Below the pieces are notes generated by a model. The model saw only the letters and a list, made by a program, of their open reading frames with translations. It ran no database searches and was not told the origin of the DNA. A program made the translations under genes and the position numbers. A stretch of 64,000 nt of DNA, taken from contig CAYSHM010000002.1 of assembly GCA_964430885.1 (NCBI GenBank), positions 176,111 through 240,110 of the forward strand. The letters are read 5' to 3'. Shown piece after piece: positions 10,913 through 18,777 of this stretch. The DNA comes from an uncultured archaeon. GTDB taxonomy: Archaea; Thermoplasmatota; Penumbrarchaeia; JASLWR01. Within the stretch, counting starts at the first letter, position 1. Each line of letters starts with the position of its first letter.

Positions 10913-13591
10913 TTGTTATTGAACAGGTCATTGTCAAAGGGTAAATTGATTTTCATGTGTGCGATTTTGGTCGCTGGATTATTGTTCACAGCTCTAGATT
11001 TTTCTGGAGATGTGAACCGATCAGATTCGGCCATATGGAAAAAGGCACCGATTGATGGTATGTTTTATGATGGATCTGAAAGGGTCAATGAATCCAGCAT
11101 ACCAGTATTTGAGGAACCCTTTTTAGGGTATTCCTTAATAGATAAGGATAAAAGCACAGCTATCGTAGAGGGCGGGAAAGCTACTCTATCAGGTTCACCC
11201 ATTCCCGATGTAGATTCGGATGTTATCATCCCATTGGATTGGCTGCCTGATCCTGTGCACGATTATTCATTTCATCCAAATGCCATGACTTACGATACAC
11301 AAAGCAATGCTCTGGTTCTATCCATGCAGGGTACGGGGGAGCTTCATCTGGTCAATAAGGACAGCGGTGATCTCATTGATGAGATTCAGCTCGATATTGA
11401 TACCGATAACAATACAGGTATCGGTTATGGTAATGGTGGTTATTATTATTCGGTTGGAGGCGGGAGTGATTCCACTATTGATCTTTATAGATATGATAAG
11501 GCTACGGAGAAATCAATAGCTTTCGGGGTGAACACTTCAAATAAGGATGGATTTCCCCTTGTAGTCCTTGAGAATTCAATAATAAGGGGTAGGACTTATC
11601 AGGATGGAAAGCAAAATTGGGGCACAATCAATATACTAGAAAAAATACCCCTGGCAAATCCGGATGAAATAGATACTACCCATATGCTGGATTTCAACGG
11701 TGTCCAGGATCTAGCCTATGACGGAAACTATATTTGGGTTCTGAAGGATACAAATGACGTTTCATTGTCTCTCTACAGCAAAAACGGTGTGCTCGTTGAC
11801 GACTTTCCAGATCTCAATCCTGTTTTCTCCCTTGATGATGGCTTCAAGGCAAGGGGGCTTGCTTACGCTGGTAACTATCTGTATATCCTGGTATACGAGG
11901 ATGTGGAGGACCAGGGTGAATCGAGTTTCTTGTTAAGGCTGTCCTTTGGAAAACGGTACTATGATAGTGGTAGCGTTATTTCTAAAACATTCTATCAGAG
12001 TTCAAATCCGGTTGCTTCTGTAAAAATCGAAGCAGATGTTCAGCAACCTTCTTCTACGAATATTGAATATTATGTTGGGTCTGGAAATGCTGGAGATTGG
12101 AAGAAGATAAGCAGTGATGATTGGACTGGAATTGGTTCTGCTTATACCAAATTGAAATACAAACTGGAATTGAGTTCAACCAATTCTGATAAGACTCCAA
12201 TTGTTACAAATATTAAAATTTCCTGCAATTCAGTTAACAAACCTGAGATAATCACTCCTGATAACAATATATGGACTGGTGGAAAACCTGATATGCGCTG
12301 GAATTTCAATGATAAAAATGACCAGGACAACCAAACAGCTTTTAACATACTTATATCCAATGTTTCAACCTTCGACAGCGTTCTAAAGGATATCAATGAG
12401 GAGAAGAGGGAAGGCGGTTATAAATATCCTCAGAAAATGAAAGGGGGTGCATATTACTGGAAGGTGAGGACCAAGGATGAGCTGATGGGTTGGAGTCCCT
12501 TTTCAGATGTGGCAGTTTTCAATGTTGACGTTGATAGCCCCGGGGGATTAGTAAGAATTAACGATGAGAACAAGTCAACTACAGACAGCTTTGTCAATCT
12601 TGAAATTCTTGTGAGCGATTCTTCCACCAATGTCACGGAGGTGCATATAAGCGAGGAAGAGCGCTCAAGCGCACCAGAGTTTTATTGGCAGCATTATGAG
12701 AAAGATGTGAACTTTACAGTATCCGAAGAACTTGGCGAGAAGATAATTTATGTATGGTTCAAGGATGAAGCAGGCAATGTTGGAGGTCCTGCTTCTGCAG
12801 TTATTCAGCTCAAGAAAGCTTCTGATGATGACGAAGAAGGTGCCTTAGGGATGGGTAAGATTGGGAAAATAGATGTCCTATATCTGTTAATAGCCGGATT
12901 GATACTGTTATTGATCCTGATAATTTTGATAAAAACCAGCGGCAGCGGACACGACCCCTACTACGATGATGACGAAGATGAAGAATATGAGGAATACGGA
13001 GAGGAAAAGGGCTCGATGAGTTCGTTGGAGGCTATCAGAAGAAAACATCTTGAGCAGGTTCAATTTGACTCGAGATATAATGAGGATGAAGTTGAAGAAG
13101 GATTTTTAGTGACTCCCAATAAATATGGGGGAAGCGGTGGATACGAGCAGAGTCCATATTCCAATGTTTACGGAGGTTATGGTGGTTCAGGAAGATACGG
13201 CAGTTCCCCTTATGATGACGATGAGCTGAGCCTTGAATATTCATCCTATTCTGCACCACCATCTTTGGACGATTTCATCAATAAATTGGAAGGCGGACTG
13301 GATCGAGAAGCTCAAAAACCGTCAGGTGATTCTTCAAAGGAAGAACCTCCTGAGGAAATGGATGATGAAAAGAGGTACGAGAAGAAGGTGGAAAAGATCA
13401 AAGAACAGATTGCGATTCTGAAGGAAAGGGAATCCGGTTTGAAAGAAAAGATCGAAAAAACATCCAATAATGATAAGGAAGAAGAGTTAAAGAAGAACCT
13501 CGGCGACATCGAGAAATTGAGGAGGGACCTAGAGAATTATCTAGAAGAAGGTAGTAAACCTAATGATAATTTGCCCCCACCCCCTCCTTAA
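10913..13591 (+). CDS. Single-pass surface protein: beta-propeller-like and FN3/Ig-like ectodomain, TM, long acidic/coiled-coil cytoplasmic tail
   Basis: Signal peptide; DLAYDGNYIWV and GLAYAGNYLYI blades; YYWKVRTKD FN3-like; TM at about aa 655-675; tail ends LPPPPP. Confidence 0.75.
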   Translation: MLLNRSLSKGKLIFMCAILVAGLLFTALDFSGDVNRSDSAIWKKAPIDGMFYDGSERVNESSIPVFEEPFLGYSLIDKDKSTAIVEGGKATLSGSPIPDVDSDVIIPLDWLPDPVHDYSFHPNAMTYDTQSNALVLSMQGTGELHLVNKDSGDLIDEIQLDIDTDNNTGIGYGNGGYYYSVGGGSDSTIDLYRYDKATEKSIAFGVNTSNKDGFPLVVLENSIIRGRTYQDGKQNWGTINILEKIPLANPDEIDTTHMLDFNGVQDLAYDGNYIWVLKDTNDVSLSLYSKNGVLVDDFPDLNPVFSLDDGFKARGLAYAGNYLYILVYEDVEDQGESSFLLRLSFGKRYYDSGSVISKTFYQSSNPVASVKIEADVQQPSSTNIEYYVGSGNAGDWKKISSDDWTGIGSAYTKLKYKLELSSTNSDKTPIVTNIKISCNSVNKPEIITPDNNIWTGGKPDMRWNFNDKNDQDNQTAFNILISNVSTFDSVLKDINEEKREGGYKYPQKMKGGAYYWKVRTKDELMGWSPFSDVAVFNVDVDSPGGLVRINDENKSTTDSFVNLEILVSDSSTNVTEVHISEEERSSAPEFYWQHYEKDVNFTVSEELGEKIIYVWFKDEAGNVGGPASAVIQLKKASDDDEEGALGMGKIGKIDVLYLLIAGLILLLILIILIKTSGSGHDPYYDDDEDEEYEEYGEEKGSMSSLEAIRRKHLEQVQFDSRYNEDEVEEGFLVTPNKYGGSGGYEQSPYSNVYGGYGGSGRYGSSPYDDDELSLEYSSYSAPPSLDDFINKLEGGLDREAQKPSGDSSKEEPPEEMDDEKRYEKKVEKIKEQIAILKERESGLKEKIEKTSNNDKEEELKKNLGDIEKLRRDLENYLEEGSKPNDNLPPPPP

Positions 13592-13717
13592 ACCTTTGTT
13601 TTATACCGAACCGATAATACTCAGAATTGATTGCATGAATACAGTGTATATTGTCCTATTCATACATGTCCTATTTTGGAAAATTTGAATTGAAAAAGTG
13701 TTCGATCGATATATTAA

Positions 13718-14746
13718 TTGAGAAATGTCCTTACAGAAAAATCGGGAGAGTCAATCAAATCCAGTTCATTATTTCGTTTGGGGGGAAAGATATTGGTTCA
13801 TGAAGATGATGAATTACAGAAAATACAGGACGGCCTAGCATGTCCTGAGTGCGGTCAATTTTTGGGCCCCATGAATATTTGTCCGTATTGCAGAACTAAG
13901 GTCAAAGGAAGAGTAGATATTAAGATAATCAAAGCCGTAAGTATTCTTGTAGCTATATTGGGCGTTGGATTATTACTTCTGTGGGCAAATCTGCAAGAGC
14001 CGTCAGGGATGAAGATAGGAGATATATCCAAAAGACAGAACTATGCCTTTGTTGAAATAGAAGGTGAGATAACAGGAGATTCCATGTACTATGTGGAGGT
14101 TTCCGACGAAGGCGAAGTATTTCCATCGGGTCTCAGTTTCTGGCTTGATGATGGAACCGGAGTCATAAAGGTCAAGACCTATGATGAGGTTACCAAGGAT
14201 ATAATCGAGGCTAAAAAAATACCTGTGGAAGGCGATAGGGTAGTCATTAAGGGCAATGTGATGTTCAGGGAGGATGACATGTCCATGACCCTGCAGAGTC
14301 CGGATAATATTGAGATAGTCAAGGATACTGAATCACCAAAATCCATGATGATCCAGGATATATCAGGAAAGGACGAGACTGAAGATTTCAATGGGAAATT
14401 TGATGAAATGGATGTGAAATCGTCAACAATTAGTGGGAGTCTCACCGGGATAGACAGTCAGACCACAAGCTATAGGGACCTTTACGATAATCTTTATTTT
14501 GAGGTAAAGGATACTCAGGGATATTCCATTCTAATCAAAGTACCTTATGCGATTTACTCTGCTTATGGAGGTTCAATCGATGAAGGAGTTAAATCTTTGC
14601 CTCTCAACCAGGAAGATATAGGGGATGAGGATATCAAGGCGACGGGTCATTTGGTATGGGACCGATACAATAATCCTACAGGGGGATATGGTGGCAGTTG
14701 GGTTTTAGTGCTGCAGGATATTACGAATATTAAATTGGAGGTGTGA
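13718..14746 (+). CDS. Zinc-ribbon + TM + OB-fold-like domain protein
   Basis: CPEC..CPYC; one TM; OB-like pattern VEIEGEI...WLDDGTGVIKV...GDRVVIKGNV. Likely start is TTG 13793. Confidence 0.75.
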   Translation: MRNVLTEKSGESIKSSSLFRLGGKILVHEDDELQKIQDGLACPECGQFLGPMNICPYCRTKVKGRVDIKIIKAVSILVAILGVGLLLLWANLQEPSGMKIGDISKRQNYAFVEIEGEITGDSMYYVEVSDEGEVFPSGLSFWLDDGTGVIKVKTYDEVTKDIIEAKKIPVEGDRVVIKGNVMFREDDMSMTLQSPDNIEIVKDTESPKSMMIQDISGKDETEDFNGKFDEMDVKSSTISGSLTGIDSQTTSYRDLYDNLYFEVKDTQGYSILIKVPYAIYSAYGGSIDEGVKSLPLNQEDIGDEDIKATGHLVWDRYNNPTGGYGGSWVLVLQDITNIKLEV

Positions 14747-16035
14747 AGATGGCTAAAGGAAATAAGGAGTCCTCTAGCCAGGATGAAAGAAGTGAGAAAA
14801 TGAGACCCTGTCCTGCCTGCGGAAAGGAATTTGGAAGAAAGAAGAGAAAATGTCCTCACTGTGCAGCTCCCATGGCTTTCCGTGTGAAGGAATCCACAAT
14901 AATTAAGGTCTCCTGTGTCGTATTTGTTTCGCTCACGATTATCCTGGCTTTGTTAGCTGTTTTCAGTGACACTGAAGTTTCAAAAGTCGAGGATTTGAAG
15001 GAGGAGGACAGTTTTGAGATAATGCGTTTCAAGGGGAAAATTGTGGAAAGCCCAAGATACTATCCAGAGGATTACAGTGATATCGGCCGAATGAAATTAC
15101 TGCTGAATGATACCACTGGAGAGATAACTATCAATGTTGCAGCCAATATAGTTGAAGAACTAATGGATCAGGGGAAAATACCATCCTTGGGTGATGAGAT
15201 AGATGTGATGGGCAGCGTAGGAGTGTTTAAAACCGGAGGGGTCACGGATATGGATATTAAGATATCCGACAATGGTCTGCTGTTGGAGTCTGGATATGAA
15301 TATGATTCATACAGTTATTCTCTCACTCTTACAAATCCCGACAATCTTGAGATTATGAGCAACGATTATGATTCCCTTTCGATTTCGGACATCGCAGGTA
15401 CTGGCGGTGATGCATATGAGAACGGTAAGAAGGTGAAAATCGAGGGGACCGTAATCTCGTCGGTGACAAATTGGTCATCTGCATACCAGATCACCCTGAA
15501 AGATATGACCACAGACGATACTATTCTTCTATATGTTCCTAAGGATGTTGTCGAACTGTCAGGTGTGGATTTATATTCTGAAGATGATATTGCATATAAT
15601 CTGAAACCTGGCTCAGAGATATCTATTCTTGGTTCTCTTATGTTCTATGAAAATGTGAAATATCCTCAATATAGCAAGTGGGAACTCATACCGACTTCAG
15701 CCGGAGATAACTTGAAGATAGCTGGAAGGAATGCCATAAAGATCAATAAGGAGGGTCAGGGTTTCAGCGTGGATATGCTTATGGGTAATAAAGACCTCTA
15801 CGAAGGTGCCGACGTCAGCCTGGAAAATGTTGTTATAGACCGTATGGAGGAAGGCGACCTTTATGTCAAAGATCCAGGAGGTACTTACTCGATAATGGTT
15901 TTCAGCTATGATCCCATTACTGATATTGATGTTGGGGATAGGGTAAATCTTTTTGGAGAGTTCACTTATTATGCACCCCAAGATATTTGGGAAATAAAGT
16001 TGAGCGATGCAGAAAATATTTGGGAGGTGTCATAG
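14743..16035 (+). CDS. Zinc-ribbon + TM + three OB-fold-like domains (paralog-like to the upstream gene)
   Basis: CPAC..CPHC; one TM; LNDTTGEITI...GDEIDVMG, GKKVKIEGTV...PGSEISILG, YVKDPGG...VGDRVNLFG. Confidence 0.75.
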   Translation: MKMAKGNKESSSQDERSEKMRPCPACGKEFGRKKRKCPHCAAPMAFRVKESTIIKVSCVVFVSLTIILALLAVFSDTEVSKVEDLKEEDSFEIMRFKGKIVESPRYYPEDYSDIGRMKLLLNDTTGEITINVAANIVEELMDQGKIPSLGDEIDVMGSVGVFKTGGVTDMDIKISDNGLLLESGYEYDSYSYSLTLTNPDNLEIMSNDYDSLSISDIAGTGGDAYENGKKVKIEGTVISSVTNWSSAYQITLKDMTTDDTILLYVPKDVVELSGVDLYSEDDIAYNLKPGSEISILGSLMFYENVKYPQYSKWELIPTSAGDNLKIAGRNAIKINKEGQGFSVDMLMGNKDLYEGADVSLENVVIDRMEEGDLYVKDPGGTYSIMVFSYDPITDIDVGDRVNLFGEFTYYAPQDIWEIKLSDAENIWEVS

Positions 16036-17373
16036 ATGTCATTACCGATTGATGTTATACTGATAACCATAGCTATTACTTGTCTTGGCGCGTTTTTATC
16101 AGGCCTACTGGCTTTCCTGCCCGGCTTTCACATCTATAACTTAATGGGAATCGTTATGATAATGTACATGGGTTTTGCAGAGGCAATCCCTGGAATATAT
16201 GTTGCAGGAGCTATGCTGGGAATGATGCTTGGCTTTGTGATGTACTTTTCCTCAGTGAGCACACTTTATTTCCAGGCCCCTGATGATTCAACAATGTTCT
16301 TTCAATTTCCTAGCCAGCAATTCCTTATGAAGGGTAAGGCCCATGCTGCAGCAATCCTAGGTACCGTCGGTTGTTTGTTGGGTGTTCTTATAGTGGTTAT
16401 TGGGATACCTCTCTTCAGCCCCTTGTTGAAGATTTTCGTGGATGTTTTCAAGGAAACCCAGTTCTTCCTTATAGGTCTGGTAATCACATTTCTCCTGATG
16501 TCCGAATGGCCCAAGGATTTCGGGCAGGGCCAGACAAAATGGCAGAGGCTGAGAGACGGATGGTCAACCCTGACGTGGGGTTATCTGACCTTCGCTCTGG
16601 CCGGGATTCTCGGAATGATCAATTTTTGGCACCCACTAATACCTGTGGAAAACGCTTTCCAAAGCCTTCTTCCGGTTTTCGTTGGGCTCTTTGCTATTCC
16701 ATCGATCATATTGAACATTATTTCAAGGACCCGGTTGCCGGAGCAGTATGTTTCCAAGAGCGTATATCTGCGTTTCCATCATTTGATCCAAAGCGGATCA
16801 TCCGGAGGTCTTGGGGGGATTTACGGTGGAATTGCACCCGGTGTAACAGCAGGGCCTGCAGGTTATATGTCAGGCCACGCCACGGCTCAGTCGGGTACCA
16901 ACAATTTTCTCATGAGCATGAATGTCACCCGAATTGTGTATTTCGTCGGGGCTATGACCCTCCTCCTGAATCCCGCCATCCATTTGAGGAGAGGCGGTGC
17001 TGCAGTTCTTACCAACCTATTCTATACGCCCTCAAATCCTACAGAATACACCGTTATACTAGCGGGTCTATCCCTGGCTACTCTGGTTTCATTATTTGTG
17101 GTACTTGGAATATCGAGATTGAGCGGGAAGATACTCCGAAAGATTAGTTTCAAGCACATCTCCTGGTTTTCTCTGTTCCTGCTTATTATCATAGTGCTGG
17201 TATTTACAAGCTGGCAGGGTCTATTGATTCTGATGGTGACCACTGCACTCGGTATGATGTGTGTTCTTGTGCAGACCCGAAGATCGCATCTTTTAGCAGT
17301 TCTATTACTACCGCTGTTCCTGAATATGTCAGGGGCGGGTGGTACATTAGCTAGCTTCCTGGGGTTGGTTTAA
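16036..17373 (+). CDS. TctA/DUF112-family (tripartite tricarboxylate transporter-like) permease
   Basis: About 12 TM; GLLAFLPGFHIYN, APDDST...P.Q, PVFVGLFAIP, GIAPGV motifs typical of archaeal COG1784 proteins. Confidence 0.78.
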   Translation: MSLPIDVILITIAITCLGAFLSGLLAFLPGFHIYNLMGIVMIMYMGFAEAIPGIYVAGAMLGMMLGFVMYFSSVSTLYFQAPDDSTMFFQFPSQQFLMKGKAHAAAILGTVGCLLGVLIVVIGIPLFSPLLKIFVDVFKETQFFLIGLVITFLLMSEWPKDFGQGQTKWQRLRDGWSTLTWGYLTFALAGILGMINFWHPLIPVENAFQSLLPVFVGLFAIPSIILNIISRTRLPEQYVSKSVYLRFHHLIQSGSSGGLGGIYGGIAPGVTAGPAGYMSGHATAQSGTNNFLMSMNVTRIVYFVGAMTLLLNPAIHLRRGGAAVLTNLFYTPSNPTEYTVILAGLSLATLVSLFVVLGISRLSGKILRKISFKHISWFSLFLLIIIVLVFTSWQGLLILMVTTALGMMCVLVQTRRSHLLAVLLLPLFLNMSGAGGTLASFLGLV

Positions 17374-18507
17374 ATGAAGGGATTGACACATTACATCGTG
17401 GGTGTAGCCATAGCTACTTTTTTCATAGATGCGGTACAGATGACCATATTCGATAAATCCTGGATATTGTTATTAGGCGGAGTTTTCGGTATACTTCCTG
17501 ATTTTATGGATTTCAGATTTGCACGTTATCTCATTGTTCATGATTATGAGGTAACTCCAGGCCATAAGGACCTGAATCCCCGTGTGGTCTCCGAAACAGT
17601 GGCCAAGGCTATTGACGAGGCCGCGGAAAAGAGTAAATCTATCAAGATCAAGCTTCATTCAATGAAGGTCAGCAGGGATTTTTGGAGACAATATTCAGTA
17701 CAGTTCGATACTGATAAGAAGGAGATAATAACAAAAATCGGGCCACTGGTAACTACTGGACAGGTTCCCCAGCCCGGAACCGCACCCAAAGGGGACAAGG
17801 CCATTGCTGTAGCAAAATATAAAGCGGATATTAATCACACATATCATTTGGCAACGAATATTGATATCTGGCATGGCAACGACTGGGAATTTGTACCCGA
17901 GGGCGATAAAATAAGGGTTGACTTCATTCCCTGGCATAGAAAGGTTTGGCATTCATTTACTGCAGGTCTTCTCTTTGGACCTATCGGATTCCTTATCTAT
18001 GGTGATTGGAGTGCTATGATGTCCGGAGATGTCCTAGGTTTCTTTACCGCCCAGGCGGGATGGCTTGCAGCTCTTATCATCGTCCTGGGTTTCTGGGGTC
18101 ATGTGGTCTGTGATCAGTTGGGCAATTTAGGTTCCAATCTTTTCTATCCCTTTACAAAGAAGAGGGCAAGAGGTTTGAAGATGACCAGTGCTTCAGATCC
18201 CTTCTCGAACATATCCTTCGTATATGCCTCCATTGCTCTGATAATCTTCAATTTCAATGCCTTTAATTATAGGCATTCCTTTATGATGTGGGGCATCGAC
18301 AACTTCCACGGAGTGAATTATTTCATCGGATTGGCGGAATATTTTGTATTGGTAATTATCCTCCCAATGGTCCTTCTGAAGCTGGCAATTATAGGCTACA
18401 AGAAAAAGTTCATTGAACCAAGAAAGAAAAAGGAAGAGGAGCTTTCCAATGAAGAAAAGGAAGCTTTAGATTCACTTGCAGAGATAACCGAGATGGCCGG
18501 GGGATGA
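17374..18507 (+). CDS. YdjM-like (DUF457) membrane metal-dependent hydrolase with a large soluble insertion
   Basis: MKGLTH, GILPDFMD, HRKVWHS, GHVVCD motifs. Confidence 0.8.
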   Translation: MKGLTHYIVGVAIATFFIDAVQMTIFDKSWILLLGGVFGILPDFMDFRFARYLIVHDYEVTPGHKDLNPRVVSETVAKAIDEAAEKSKSIKIKLHSMKVSRDFWRQYSVQFDTDKKEIITKIGPLVTTGQVPQPGTAPKGDKAIAVAKYKADINHTYHLATNIDIWHGNDWEFVPEGDKIRVDFIPWHRKVWHSFTAGLLFGPIGFLIYGDWSAMMSGDVLGFFTAQAGWLAALIIVLGFWGHVVCDQLGNLGSNLFYPFTKKRARGLKMTSASDPFSNISFVYASIALIIFNFNAFNYRHSFMMWGIDNFHGVNYFIGLAEYFVLVIILPMVLLKLAIIGYKKKFIEPRKKKEEELSNEEKEALDSLAEITEMAGG

Positions 18508-18777
18508 GTATAGATCCCCTTCATTGGATGATACATTGCTGCTAGATGCGAAAGCTGTCTGAATAGGATTGGATGGTATTTCCATAACGGACGTCTAGTC
18601 CCCTTTACATCCTAGACTGCTATTTATCAATCTGTAATAAGGTATGTTCAATAAAAAGACCCCCGAATCAATGCCTGCTCTCTAAGTCCTTAAATAGTCT
18701 GAGCTAGAAATGCTAAATAACTTGTGGGAAATATTATATTCATTGGAATGATAGGATAAGGTCCCGGGTGAATTGTA

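Noticed and set aside
16371-17147. 258-aa alternative-frame ORF inside the TctA-like gene
   Set aside because: Arg/Ser/Pro-rich off-frame translation typical of a hydrophobic gene; no independent support.
18500-18620. Small hairpins (GGGGAT/ATCCCC, GTCTAG/CTAGAC) and a 12-mer GATGATACATTG shared with the rpl3 leader
   Set aside because: Short stems and a single 12-mer match are compatible with chance in 64 kb of AT-rich DNA.
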